In this document: piece by piece, positions 48,908 to 59,054 of the stretch
How positions within the stretch are numbered: position 1 is the stretch's first letter
Layout of the letters: each line of letters opens with the position of its first letter
Source: Bacteroidota bacterium
Lineage (GTDB): Bacteria > Bacteroidota > Bacteroidia > AKYH767-A > OLB10
DNA length: 64,000 bases
Reading direction: 5' to 3'
NCBI GenBank assembly: GCA_046302815.1
Contig: JBKCHO010000014.1
Span: 6,530-70,529 of the forward strand
The notes under the pieces: model-generated
What the model saw: only the letters and a program-made list of their open reading frames with translations
What the model was told of the DNA's origin: nothing
The model's database searches: none
Position numbers and translations under genes: made by a program

Positions 48908-49654
48908 TTATTCGATACGGTATAGTATGGGCTTGGAGGGGCTGGCATCATTCTCCAAGGCCGTCACCATCAAATTCAAAAGATAATCGCCGTCTTTGAT
49001 TTCATTATCAATAAAAACCAATTCTGAAATGGTGGCACCATGTCGGGGTGCTTCCGGATAATTCCAAAAAACATGGTGGGCGGCCAGTTTCCCCTCATCT
49101 TGTTCTCTGTCGATGGAAGGTAAGTCTATTAGCAAATGTAGGATGCCTCTGTCCACGAGAAGTCGGGCTGCATCTACAGACAAATAGGGAGGGTTGGAAT
49201 TCGAATACTGAGCCTTTTTTTTCTGATCGCCATTTGGAAGGGTTCTGATTGCTACGGCAGTGGCTCCTTTGTGTAAATTCCAACCAGCCACCTGTTCAGA
49301 AGTAATTACTTTATCGTTGCCCATAACCATGGGCGAAACTGTTACCAGAGAGCACAAGGCAAAGAAATGTTTCAGCTCCTTGTTCAGGGAATGACATTCC
49401 TTACTGATATGTCCCATACATTCAGTGTGAGTTCCATTCCCATGTGGATTCAAATAAACATTCTTGAAATTTACGGGGCCTCCCTTGGTCACATCTCCAA
49501 TCCAATCACCCATTATCACCGGCTCTATACGAACAGGTCCGCAATACCATGCATTGACCGTATTGATTCCCGCCTCAAGCGGAATTGAAATATCAAGAGG
49601 CTTCGAAAAATCCACCTGGATCTCAAACCCGGAAATGTTTATTGCTGCTCTCAT
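48908..49654 (-). CDS. Cyclase family metal-dependent hydrolase (kynurenine formamidase-like)
   Basis: PHGNGTHTE (HxGTHxD/E), IDLPSID, AHH and ISEL. Confidence 0.85.
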   Translation of the reverse strand: MRAAINISGFEIQVDFSKPLDISIPLEAGINTVNAWYCGPVRIEPVIMGDWIGDVTKGGPVNFKNVYLNPHGNGTHTECMGHISKECHSLNKELKHFFALCSLVTVSPMVMGNDKVITSEQVAGWNLHKGATAVAIRTLPNGDQKKKAQYSNSNPPYLSVDAARLLVDRGILHLLIDLPSIDREQDEGKLAAHHVFWNYPEAPRHGATISELVFIDNEIKDGDYLLNLMVTALENDASPSKPILYRIE

Positions 49655-49726
49655 GTTGATGTGAATTTAGAAATAAATTCCGAAAATATTAATCCTGACT
49701 TTCATTCAAAAACCAAAAGCATTGAA

Positions 49727-50851
49727 TCAAACTATAAACAGGTCGGAGGCGATGCGGTCGGCTAAATGCTGTCCGCTTCTACTAAGAGAGTAATGTCCGT
49801 TTTTTAGTATGATATGTCCTGAATCAAGATACTGTTTGACATTTTCATTGAAGTGGATTTCGAATTCCTTGCCGTAGTTTCGGCAGATGTGATCTAGAGA
49901 AACCCCATCAATGGTTCTCAATCGTGTCATCACATGCTCATTATACTTATCTTTGATAGACAGAATCTCACTCGTATAGCTTAGATTTCCGCTTTGCAAG
50001 AATCGGATATAGGTGGCGTTATTAGGTACATTCCAACTTCTTTCCATGCCGTTGTATGAATGTGCGGATGGACCTAAGCCAATATAACTTGTGTTGTTCC
50101 AGTATCGACTGTTGTGTCTGGAACGGAAGCCCGGTTTGGCGAAATTCGAAATCTCATAATGCTCGAAACCGTGTGCTATAGCCGCATCCATCAGATATGA
50201 AAACTGTTCAGCATACGCCTCATCGGGTTCGGGCAACACATGGCGGCTTAGGACAGCCTTATGTAGCATGGTTTTAGGCTCTATTGTTAACCCGTAGCAG
50301 GACAAGTGTTTTACAGGCAAGGAAAATGCTTGCTCCAAGTTAGTCGCCCACTTACCAATGCCAGAGCCAGGGATTCCGTAAATGAGATCAATGGTGATAT
50401 TGTCAAATCCGATCTCTGCAGAATCATAGACAGAACGAATCGCCTGGGATGAATCATGGGCACGGTTCATGAAAACAAGTTCGGAATCGTGGAAAGACTG
50501 CACTCCAATACTCAACCGATTAATCGGAGTGGATTTCAATTCCGTTAATTTGATTTTATCCAAATCATCGGGGTTGGCCTCCAAAGTGCATTCAAAACTC
50601 TCCGATAACGAAAAATTCTTGTGGATTGAATTGAAGATCCGATCTAGTGACTCCAAAGACAAAAGCGAAGGAGTGCCTCCGCCAAAATACACGGTCTCTA
50701 TTGGTGTTCCCTTGGGGAGATAACCATTGCGCAAATTCATTTCCAAACAAATGGCATCCACCATTTGATGCATAGAATCCGTATTGACTGAAAAATGAAA
50801 ATCGCAATAATTACACGACTTTTTACAAAATGGGATGTGGATATATATCAA
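49727..50851 (-). CDS. hemW: Radical SAM heme chaperone HemW; TTG start
   Basis: YIHIPFC, CKKSCNYC, YFGGGTPS, EANPDD, SIGVQSF, YEISNFA and HN..YW. Confidence 0.92.
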   Translation of the reverse strand: MIYIHIPFCKKSCNYCDFHFSVNTDSMHQMVDAICLEMNLRNGYLPKGTPIETVYFGGGTPSLLSLESLDRIFNSIHKNFSLSESFECTLEANPDDLDKIKLTELKSTPINRLSIGVQSFHDSELVFMNRAHDSSQAIRSVYDSAEIGFDNITIDLIYGIPGSGIGKWATNLEQAFSLPVKHLSCYGLTIEPKTMLHKAVLSRHVLPEPDEAYAEQFSYLMDAAIAHGFEHYEISNFAKPGFRSRHNSRYWNNTSYIGLGPSAHSYNGMERSWNVPNNATYIRFLQSGNLSYTSEILSIKDKYNEHVMTRLRTIDGVSLDHICRNYGKEFEIHFNENVKQYLDSGHIILKNGHYSLSRSGQHLADRIASDLFIV

Positions 50852-50883
50852 GACACTGATGCGTTTCTAAAATAAGCAAGTCC

Positions 50884-52050
50884 TCAACCCTGCTTTGGCA
50901 AGACTATTCGGAAGGTGGTGCCTTTGTTTTGTTCAGAGCTCTTCACGAAAATTTTGCCTCCGTGGTATTCCTCAACGATGCGCTTGGATAGCGAAAGTCC
51001 AAGTCCCCAGCCACGACTCTTGGAAGTGAAGCCGGGCTTAAAAACCGTTTGATATTTTGATTTTGGAATACCCTTGCCGGTATCCGAAACATCGATATAA
51101 ACGAATTGTGATTGATCGGTTACGGTAACATTCAATGAACCCTGACCTTCCATGGCATCTACAGCATTCTTAAACAGATTTTCCAAAACCCATTCGAAAA
51201 GAGGAATATTCATAGGAGCCATTACATCGTGAGACGATGGTTGGTTCAAATGGAATTGGACTTTAGAGGATGTTCGAGGCGAAAAATATTCGATAGACTT
51301 CTGCACCACTTGTCCTACGCTTTCCTTCTTCAAAGAAGGGGCGGAGCCGATTTTGGAGAAACGCTCGGATATGGTGTTCAGCCTGTTCACATCCTTCTCG
51401 ATTTCGGTAGCAGGTCCTCCAGGGCCTTCCTTTGATTTGAGATATTCAACCCATGCCATCAATGAAGACAATGGCGTTCCTAATTGGTGGGCAGTCTCTT
51501 TGGCCATTCCCACCCAAACCTGATTTTGTTCGGCTTTGCGCGAGGTACTGAAAGCTAAATATGAAACCAACAGAAACAAGCTGATTACCCCTAGTTGGAA
51601 ATATGGATATAATCGCAACTGACGGATCAGCAAAGAATCCCTGTAGTAGACATAATTCTTGTCTCCCGGATTACCGAAAACAATTTCAATGGGCTCTCGC
51701 TCTGACCGCATCTCCTCGATTTGGGATTGAATCCAAGCCTTGTCTTCTAATTTTGTTGAGTCAAGATTCCGGGATGAAATATAATTGTTCTTGGAATCCG
51801 TTAGCAGCATAGGTATGGTACTGTTGCTTCGTAACACCTCTAAAGCAAAACCCATATCGCCCGCCTCAACCACTGGGTCGCTCAACTGTTTGACCGCTTC
51901 AGCCCACAACTCCACATTCTGTTTTTCCTGTTCCGAGAGCTTGGCCACCAGCGAATTGGTATACCACATGGAAGATAGGCCAATACCCAAAGCTATGACC
52001 AACAAAGCAAGCTTCCAGCGCTGTTTTCTAGTGTAGATGTTTACGGGCAT
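50884..52050 (-). CDS. Membrane sensor histidine kinase (no adjacent response regulator)
   Basis: Two TM helices; AHQLGTPL; ENLFKNAVDAM; DTGKGI; GWGLGL. Confidence 0.92.
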   Translation of the reverse strand: MPVNIYTRKQRWKLALLVIALGIGLSSMWYTNSLVAKLSEQEKQNVELWAEAVKQLSDPVVEAGDMGFALEVLRSNSTIPMLLTDSKNNYISSRNLDSTKLEDKAWIQSQIEEMRSEREPIEIVFGNPGDKNYVYYRDSLLIRQLRLYPYFQLGVISLFLLVSYLAFSTSRKAEQNQVWVGMAKETAHQLGTPLSSLMAWVEYLKSKEGPGGPATEIEKDVNRLNTISERFSKIGSAPSLKKESVGQVVQKSIEYFSPRTSSKVQFHLNQPSSHDVMAPMNIPLFEWVLENLFKNAVDAMEGQGSLNVTVTDQSQFVYIDVSDTGKGIPKSKYQTVFKPGFTSKSRGWGLGLSLSKRIVEEYHGGKIFVKSSEQNKGTTFRIVLPKQG

Positions 52051-52086
52051 AACGGCATGTTCGTGGCAAAGATATGATTGTATGGT

Positions 52087-54627
52087 TTACTCATCGGTTT
52101 CCAGCTCCAGCTCTTTCACCTTGATTTCTTCTTTTTTGACCTGACCAGAAGGTTTTTCTTCCTCATCCCTATTGCCTCCAAACTCCTTTTTCAAAAGATC
52201 TCTGATAGTATTACGCTCCTTACGGATTTCCTCAGTGATCCTTTGTTCGGTTCCTTTTCGATCCCAAGTGAATTTGGGATCGGTTGCTGAACCTTTCATT
52301 GAAAGGAAGATTCTTGGACGACCCAGCCCATCGTCTTCAATGGTTCCAAACTCTGTATTCATCTGTCGAACCTTTCTTCCTATTATCTGAGATAGATAAA
52401 GACCCAAATGGTAATCAACCATATTGTCAAATGTGTGCGTTCCGCTTGCCGTAAGGTCCATTGCCGAGCTTCTGATATCCATTACCGGAATGATAATTTT
52501 GCGATCTCTGATTTCAATGGTATTGGTCAGATTTGAAAACCGAATGGTTTCCAAATCGGATCCCTTTAAATATTTGGATAAGGCGAGCATGGGTTTAAAT
52601 TGTATCAACTCCCCGTTTTCAATCGTTATGTCCCCTTTGGCGAATACCGATTTTTCATCGAGGTTCAGTTGCTTGTCCCAGCGAGATGAAAAATCCACTT
52701 TAGCGGAAAGCCTACCCTTCAAGTTTCTATCAACCAATGTGGTTTGTCCGAAATTTCCCATCTGTTGAAACAGCCGGCTTATGTCAACATTCCTAATTTG
52801 AGCTACACATGATGTTCTTACGCTGTCGACGGAACTTTCATCGATGGAGCCAGACAACCGTATCTCTCCACCGCAAGTTGAAAACTCCAAACCTGGGGAG
52901 GAAACCTTGGATTCAGAAACCACAATGGTCCCGTCTATCGAAGTAGAATTGAATTTCCGAAAGGTCAAACTTCCTATTGAAACATCTAAAACGAATCGAT
53001 GCTTATCGGTTAAGTCCAATGAGAAGGTGTCGGATTTACTAGAGCCTCCGGCTAAAATCTCATCTAGGTCAACCTTGTCGCTTTTAAATGCTGCCTCAAC
53101 CTCAATACGCTGATCGTCTAACAGGAAATATGACATCAGGTTGTTGAAGCTTCCGGTAACAGTAAAATCGGTGTTGCCAATGCGACCAGCCAAGGATTCC
53201 AAGACCATGTCATTGCCTCTCAAATGAAGTATTCCGTTCAAGCCACTCATTCCAGTCTGACTGCCTTTCCAAACAAAGCCGGCGTTGGCAAAACGAATGG
53301 AACCGGAGGAGCGATAGGTTGATTTTTCTTTGGCTATTCCATTGAATGAAATATCAGCGCTGATGCTTCCTTGTAGGGCTTCTATGGTGTCGGGCTTGTA
53401 GAACCTACTTAAAACATCCAGGTCTGCATCCAATTTGAGAGTCAAATCCAACTTGGGATTGGAGAAGTCCTCGAGATTCATGTTCAATTGGAAGGGTGCG
53501 CCTTCAAGATTGGCCGCGATAGACTTCAAGACAAGACTCTCGTAAGGAGCTGCATTACTTTTCCGGCTAATGAAAGTGCCGCTTCCATTGAGCTCAGAGA
53601 TGTTGTAGTTGGTGCCCTCGGGGTTGGCTTTGGCATTTCTTGCAGTAAAATCCAATTTGAAAACAGGAGTGTATCCATCTCCTACCCGACCCTTGATGTT
53701 CCCTTTGAAGGTGATATCTCCACTGCAGTTGAATTCCGCAAATTTTCCAATCACAGATTTTGGAAGCAGGGAAATCAAGGAGGCAATATCCGCATCCTTG
53801 GATGAAAAATCCAAATTCATCTCCGTTTGCTTGCCCTTTGTGTTGATATCACCACCTATCAGAAATTGCATCCCCGAAAGCTTGACCTTACTTTCACCTA
53901 TTTGATAGGTGCCCGACTTATTGTCGACCTCGATAGAGGCGAGTATCTCACATGGTTTACCATCAACATATCTGACACCGGAGATCAAGACGGATGCAGA
54001 CCGCATAGTCGCTTCGAGGCTTGCCGAATACTTGTCTGTGGAGATGTCTCCACCTAATTCACCTTCATCGATGTGGAAACGGTATGTTTGGTTGGACTTT
54101 CGATTGAGATATTCGAATTTGGTATTAGTAATCAAAATGGTTTTAAGATCGACCTTCATACCTCCCTCACCGGAAGTGGTGTCTTCCTTGAAAATATCAT
54201 AATTGTTGCGCCCTTTTCGATCTGTAAAGATGTTTACCGAAGCATCTTCCAGTTCCACTCCCCTGAGTTTAACATTACCCGTGAACAGATCCCAGAGTCG
54301 GAATTGGAATCCGATAAAACCTGCATTTAGCAAACTGGGGTCGTCCTCAAATCCTGTAGGATTGGACACCATAACATCCTTGAAACGGACAGATGCGTTG
54401 GGAAAAGAGGAAAAAACGGTGAATTCCATTTCACGAACATCAACGCGTGCTTTCAGCCTTGCGTTTACAGCATTCACAACCGAGATGCGGAGGGCATCTC
54501 CGTAGATGAAAGTAATCAACCATCCAATCAAACCGACCACAACCGAAAACAATCCCATCCACAATAGGATTTTCGAGAGTCTTTTACGGGAAGGTTTTTC
54601 GTCAACTGAATGTTGAAACTCGCTCAC
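52087..54627 (-). CDS. AsmA-like (repeating beta-groove) protein
   Basis: N-terminal TM anchor, long beta-rich body, and AsmA-like C-terminal GTHTFDN..DY pattern. Confidence 0.72.
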   Translation of the reverse strand: MSEFQHSVDEKPSRKRLSKILLWMGLFSVVVGLIGWLITFIYGDALRISVVNAVNARLKARVDVREMEFTVFSSFPNASVRFKDVMVSNPTGFEDDPSLLNAGFIGFQFRLWDLFTGNVKLRGVELEDASVNIFTDRKGRNNYDIFKEDTTSGEGGMKVDLKTILITNTKFEYLNRKSNQTYRFHIDEGELGGDISTDKYSASLEATMRSASVLISGVRYVDGKPCEILASIEVDNKSGTYQIGESKVKLSGMQFLIGGDINTKGKQTEMNLDFSSKDADIASLISLLPKSVIGKFAEFNCSGDITFKGNIKGRVGDGYTPVFKLDFTARNAKANPEGTNYNISELNGSGTFISRKSNAAPYESLVLKSIAANLEGAPFQLNMNLEDFSNPKLDLTLKLDADLDVLSRFYKPDTIEALQGSISADISFNGIAKEKSTYRSSGSIRFANAGFVWKGSQTGMSGLNGILHLRGNDMVLESLAGRIGNTDFTVTGSFNNLMSYFLLDDQRIEVEAAFKSDKVDLDEILAGGSSKSDTFSLDLTDKHRFVLDVSIGSLTFRKFNSTSIDGTIVVSESKVSSPGLEFSTCGGEIRLSGSIDESSVDSVRTSCVAQIRNVDISRLFQQMGNFGQTTLVDRNLKGRLSAKVDFSSRWDKQLNLDEKSVFAKGDITIENGELIQFKPMLALSKYLKGSDLETIRFSNLTNTIEIRDRKIIIPVMDIRSSAMDLTASGTHTFDNMVDYHLGLYLSQIIGRKVRQMNTEFGTIEDDGLGRPRIFLSMKGSATDPKFTWDRKGTEQRITEEIRKERNTIRDLLKKEFGGNRDEEEKPSGQVKKEEIKVKELELETDE

Positions 54628-54695
54628 CTGATAGAAATGCGGTTAGTCCTTTTTTATTGTGTTGAATACCTAAATGTCGGTCATGTTTACAGACC

Positions 54696-54727
54696 AAAAA
54701 AAGGGGCCCGCTGTTGCAAGGGCCCCG
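54696..54727 (-). terminator. Terminator after sod
   Basis: On the minus strand: GGGGCCC-loop-GGGCCCC-TTTTTTT. Confidence 0.8.
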
Positions 54728-54730
54728 AAA

Positions 54731-55336
54731 TTATTTGGCAGAAAACCTGGCCGAGACCTCTCCCCAATTTACGATATTCCAAAACGAAGCGATGTAGTCG
54801 GGTCTGCGGTTTTGGTAATTAAGGTAATAGGCGTGTTCCCATACATCCAATCCCAAAATTGGAGTACCCTTCACTTCGGCAATATCCATCAAAGGATTAT
54901 CTTGGTTGGGGGTGGATGCTACTTCAAGTTTGCCATCTGACTTCTTGACCAACCATGCCCACCCGGAGCCAAATCTAGTAGCACCTGCCGTGGAGAAGCG
55001 GGACTTGAACTCATCAAATGAACCGAAAGCGGATTGTATAGCCTCCAAGAGTTCGCCCGTGGGGGCCCCTCCCCCCGCTGGAGAAAGCACTTTCCAAAAC
55101 AAATCGTGGTTGTAGTGCCCGCCTCCATTATTTCTTACCGCCATAGGGTATTTGGATATGTTTTTACAGATCTCCTCAATGGAAAGCTGCTCTGCATCGG
55201 TTCCGGAAATAGCGTTATTTAAGTTGGTAACATAGGCTTGATGGTGTTTCCCATGATGTATTTCCATGGTACGGGCATCAATATTGGGTTCTAGGGCGTT
55301 AAACGAATAAGGAAGTGCGGGTAATTCAAAAGCCAT
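54731..55336 (-). CDS. sodA: Superoxide dismutase, Mn-type signature (may be cambialistic)
   Basis: [28 protein letters not shown] and DVWEHAYY. The GGH and QD residues point to the Mn type. Confidence 0.93.
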   Translation of the reverse strand: MAFELPALPYSFNALEPNIDARTMEIHHGKHHQAYVTNLNNAISGTDAEQLSIEEICKNISKYPMAVRNNGGGHYNHDLFWKVLSPAGGGAPTGELLEAIQSAFGSFDEFKSRFSTAGATRFGSGWAWLVKKSDGKLEVASTPNQDNPLMDIAEVKGTPILGLDVWEHAYYLNYQNRRPDYIASFWNIVNWGEVSARFSAK

Positions 55337-55470
55337 GATTTTCAGTATTTTAAGGGTTTTAAAACAGGTTGTAAAGGGTTCTCAAAGTTAACAAAATGAA
55401 CTTTGGAGAGGTTGGATTGGGCCTCCAAAAAAAAATTTTAAGCCGTTGGTTACGATATGATTAAATCCTC

Positions 55471-55478
55471 TATATTTG
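55471..55478 (+). promoter_or_regulatory. Bacteroidota -7 promoter element
   Basis: TATATTTG 33 nt upstream of the small lipoprotein start. Confidence 0.6.
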
Positions 55479-55511
55479 CGCCACAAAACTTAATCTAAAA
55501 CCAACAACACA

Positions 55512-55733
55512 ATGAAAAAAGTATTTGCTGTACTAGCTGTAGCTGGTATGTTCGCATTCGTAGCTTGTGGTCCTAAGGCTGAAGAAGCTACTACTGAGAC
55601 CACTGACTCTGCTGCAACTGTAGAAGCTGCTCCTGTAGTAGAAGAAGCTGCTCCTGCTCCAATGGATTCAGCTGCTGCTGCTGCTCCTGCAGACTCTGCT
55701 GCTGCTGCTCCTGCTGCTGCTCCTGCAAAGTAA
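55512..55733 (+). CDS. Small Ala/Pro/Glu-rich lipoprotein
   Basis: MKKVFAVLAVAGMFAFVAC lipobox, low-complexity tail, strong GCT/ACT/GTA codon bias, and its own promoter and terminator. Confidence 0.85.
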   Translation: MKKVFAVLAVAGMFAFVACGPKAEEATTETTDSAATVEAAPVVEEAAPAPMDSAAAAAPADSAAAAPAAAPAK

Positions 55734-55754
55734 TAATGGCCTTAGGGCTATTAG

Positions 55755-55786
55755 AAAAAACCCCGATGGATCCGTCGGGGTTTTTT
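55755..55786. terminator. Bidirectional intrinsic terminator
   Basis: AAAAAA-CCCCGATG-GATC-CGTCGGGG-TTTTTT. Confidence 0.85.
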
Positions 55787-55811
55787 GTTTTTTATAGAAT
55801 CGAAAGAGGAA

Positions 55812-56600
55812 TTAAAGGCTTCCCGTTCGACCACCATCCACAGGTACATTGATACCCGTGATGTAGGATGCGGCCGGTGATGCCAAAAAAGCGATTGCGT
55901 TTGCAATCTCTTCAGGTTTTGCGAAGCGTCCCATAGGTATCTCCGCGATCATTTCATTTTGTAAGTCAACTACGGTCTTACCCGTTTTTGAGGATTTTGC
56001 CTCCATTAAGGAGGATAGTCTACCCGTAGAGGTAGCTCCAGGCAGAACATTATTCACTGTAATACCGGCTGAAGCTACTTCCATCGATAAGGTTTTCGCC
56101 CAATTGGCAACAGCCGCTCGAATGGTATTCGATACACCCAAGCCCTTCAATGGCTGTTTAACAGAAGTGGAGATTACATTGATGATGCGACCATAACCAG
56201 ATTCCCGCATCCCAGGTATCAATGCCTGCGCCATGATGTGATTGCAAACCAAATGCTGACGGAATGTAGCTTCAAACTGCTCGATTCCGGCATCCACAAT
56301 CGGACCTCCTGATGGTCCGCCTGTGTTATTAACCAGAATATGCGCGCGATTACCTTTGGCAAGCCAATCCTCAATAGCCTTCTTGACTTGATTCGGATCG
56401 GAAAAATCAGCGACAATATAACCATGTTGGACATCGGAAACAGGTGAAAGCTCATTAAATGCTTCTTGTAACGCCTGCTCATTACGCGCCACTAAAGTGA
56501 CTGCGGCGCCGAGCGAGCTCAGCTCGCGGGCAGCGGCCAAGCCGATGCCTTGTGTGCTTCCGCACACAACGGCGCACTTACCTGACAGAGAAAGATTCAT
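55812..56600 (-). CDS. SDR family oxidoreductase
   Basis: GSTQGIG, LVNNTGGP, SNTIRA in place of YxxxK, NNVLPG and ITGINVPVDGG. Confidence 0.9.
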   Translation of the reverse strand: MNLSLSGKCAVVCGSTQGIGLAAARELSSLGAAVTLVARNEQALQEAFNELSPVSDVQHGYIVADFSDPNQVKKAIEDWLAKGNRAHILVNNTGGPSGGPIVDAGIEQFEATFRQHLVCNHIMAQALIPGMRESGYGRIINVISTSVKQPLKGLGVSNTIRAAVANWAKTLSMEVASAGITVNNVLPGATSTGRLSSLMEAKSSKTGKTVVDLQNEMIAEIPMGRFAKPEEIANAIAFLASPAASYITGINVPVDGGRTGSL

Positions 56601-56683
56601 GTTGTAAAGATAAATAAGATGAGGTTTGAACCTTTGTGCATTTTTCCATTAATTTGTGGTGCACCTTTTTAACACCTTCAGCC

Positions 56684-57211
56684 ATGCCCATAGCCTCACC
56701 ATTCAATTTCAAAAAGTGGATTGATGAAAACCGCCATCTGCTAAAACCGCCTGTAGGCAATAAGGTCGTTTATAAACCCGAACAAGACTTCATCGTCATG
56801 GTGGTAGGTGGTCCCAATTCAAGAAAAGACTACCACTATAATGAAACAGAGGAGTTCTTCTACCAACTTGAAGGAGATATTCAAGTAAAAATTCAAGAAG
56901 ACGGACAACCACGAACCATTGAAATCAAAGAGGGTGATGTTTTTCTACTACCAGCACGCACTCCACACTCGCCGCAACGAGGCCCCAACACAGTAGGCCT
57001 GGTCATGGAAGTACACCGCCGTCCAGGGATGAAAGACCGCCTACAGTGGTATTGCGAGAAATGCAACAACCTGATGCATGAAGGAATCCTTGAATTGAAG
57101 GATATTGAAACAGAACTAAAGGCGGCAATGGAGCAATATTACTCATCCACTGATCTTCGTACCTGCAAGCAATGCGGAACAGTCATGGAACCACCCCAAA
57201 AACTGGCTTAG
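56684..57211 (+). CDS. nbaC: 3-hydroxyanthranilate 3,4-dioxygenase; start MPIAS
   Basis: VGGPNSRKDYHYNETEEFFYQ, PHSPQR, and rubredoxin-like CEKC..CKQC. Confidence 0.95.
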   Translation: MPIASPFNFKKWIDENRHLLKPPVGNKVVYKPEQDFIVMVVGGPNSRKDYHYNETEEFFYQLEGDIQVKIQEDGQPRTIEIKEGDVFLLPARTPHSPQRGPNTVGLVMEVHRRPGMKDRLQWYCEKCNNLMHEGILELKDIETELKAAMEQYYSSTDLRTCKQCGTVMEPPQKLA

Positions 57212-57233
57212 TCCCTGACGGAGTTAATACAAA

Positions 57234-58424
57234 TCAATCTTGATTGAACTCCCTCGACTGGGGATACATCAGTTGGTGCTTTTGCCTGACCAAGGCGGTT
57301 AGTTTTTCCCTGAGCAATGCGATGTTAACCCCCTCGGCCGCGGAGATGAAAACAGAATCGATATTATCTTTGGCAATCCAAGAATTTTGCAACTCCTCCA
57401 AACTAATGTTTTCACGAACCGCAGGCGTCAGGTCATCAGCTTCCTTTTCTATAAAACGATAAGCGTCGATTTTATTAAAAACCATCAACACTTTCTTGTC
57501 GGCTGCACCAATGTCCGCGAGCGTCTGATTCACCACATCGATTTGATCCTCGAAATTGGGATGCGAAATGTCAACCACATGCAACAGGATATCGGCCTCC
57601 CTGACTTCATCCAAAGTGCTCTTGAAAGATTCAACAAGATTATGTGGAAGCTTCCTGATGAACCCGACCGTGTCTGATAGCAAAAAGGGGATGTTTCCAT
57701 AAACCACCTTTCGAACCGTTGTATCCAAAGTGGCAAAGAGCTTGTTCTCTGCAAAAACATCCGACTTGCTCAAAAGATTCATAAGGGTAGATTTACCAAC
57801 ATTCGTATATCCTACCAAAGCAACCCTGACCATGTTTTCCCTCGACTTGCGCCGCGTAAAGTTTTGCTTGTCGATTTCCCTCAACTTCTCCTTCAGCCGG
57901 GTCAACTTGTCACGAATAACCCTTCTATCAGTTTCAATCTCCGTTTCACCAGGACCTCTCATACCTATGCCTCCCCGTTGCTTCTCCAAGTGGGTCCACA
58001 TACGGGTCAATCGTGGAAGAAGATATTGATATTGCGCCAACTCAACCTGCGTTCTAGCTTGCGCCGTCCGGGCCCTACTAGCAAAAATATCAAGGATGAG
58101 CGTGGTGCGATCCAATACCCTACAGCCCAAAGGCTTTTCTAAGTTCCTAAGCTGCGATGGTGTCAATTCATCATCAAAAATTACAATAGAAACGCCATTC
58201 GCTTTGACAAAGACCGCAACTTCTTCCAATTTGCCTTTACCGAGATAGGTTCGTGGGTCGGGATACTCCAATTTTTGAACAAACCGTTTTAAAGTGACAG
58301 CCCCGGCAGTATGAGCCAAAAACTCTAACTCATCCAAATACTCATGCGTACGGGCATCTGTTTGCCCTTGCCGACAAACCGCAACAAGCACAACCTTTTC
58401 TTCAGACTTAACGGATGACAACAT
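57234..58424 (-). CDS. hflX: GTPase HflX
   Basis: LELAQYQYLLPRL, GPGETEIETDRR, GYTNVGKS, LFATLDTT, DTVGF and NKID. Confidence 0.97.
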   Translation of the reverse strand: MLSSVKSEEKVVLVAVCRQGQTDARTHEYLDELEFLAHTAGAVTLKRFVQKLEYPDPRTYLGKGKLEEVAVFVKANGVSIVIFDDELTPSQLRNLEKPLGCRVLDRTTLILDIFASRARTAQARTQVELAQYQYLLPRLTRMWTHLEKQRGGIGMRGPGETEIETDRRVIRDKLTRLKEKLREIDKQNFTRRKSRENMVRVALVGYTNVGKSTLMNLLSKSDVFAENKLFATLDTTVRKVVYGNIPFLLSDTVGFIRKLPHNLVESFKSTLDEVREADILLHVVDISHPNFEDQIDVVNQTLADIGAADKKVLMVFNKIDAYRFIEKEADDLTPAVRENISLEELQNSWIAKDNIDSVFISAAEGVNIALLREKLTALVRQKHQLMYPQSREFNQD

Positions 58425-58496
58425 GGGAAGAAACCACCATTAGATGAATGGCGCCTTTTAATGGGATAGAAAAATCGCTTACTGGCAAGTGATGCA

Positions 58497-58955
58497 TCAA
58501 AGCCAACCCCTACCCTGCCCAACTTCCATGAAAGGCCATGGAATACGACTCAGTATCAAAATAAGGCCAATTAAATAGAAAACAAAGATCTTTTGGAATT
58601 TCACAGCATCCGATGTTGCTTTTTTGGCCAATATGTGCCCCAAGGTGATCAAAACGATTCCAATTATCATCGTTAACAAATGCTCAACGGCCCAAAAACG
58701 AAGCAATGGATCCTTCATAGCCTCTCCCATATTAGCCAAGGCAGCAGATACTGTTCCATTCATCATATAGAGCATCAAGCCGATAACCAATTGCAAATGG
58801 GCAGAAATCATGGTAAACAAGGACAGCTTGCGGTCCGTTGCATCGAAGACTCTACCTGATCTCTTACCGGTGAAGGCACGATAAATCATAACGAGCAAAA
58901 GAATCAACAAAACCCAACGAAGCAAGGAATGCAAATGGAGGAACCCTGTGTACAT
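58497..58955 (-). CDS. Four-TM membrane protein with conserved His residues (cytochrome b-like hypothetical); start MYTG
   Basis: HSLLRW, HLQL, VEHL and LGH in TM helices; RIPWP C-terminus. Confidence 0.65.
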   Translation of the reverse strand: MYTGFLHLHSLLRWVLLILLLVMIYRAFTGKRSGRVFDATDRKLSLFTMISAHLQLVIGLMLYMMNGTVSAALANMGEAMKDPLLRFWAVEHLLTMIIGIVLITLGHILAKKATSDAVKFQKIFVFYLIGLILILSRIPWPFMEVGQGRGWL

Positions 58956-59054
58956 GTTTATTAAGTTTGGATACCTCAAAAATAACAAACTAAGGGGAAA
59001 AACCTAATTTTGAGCAAACGCTTAGCCTCTTTCACCAAACTCCAGATTCAACCA

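Noticed and set aside
55560-55733. GCTGCTCCT-type short tandem repeats
   Set aside because: They are explained by the Ala/Pro-rich coding sequence of the lipoprotein; not a CRISPR array or VNTR element.
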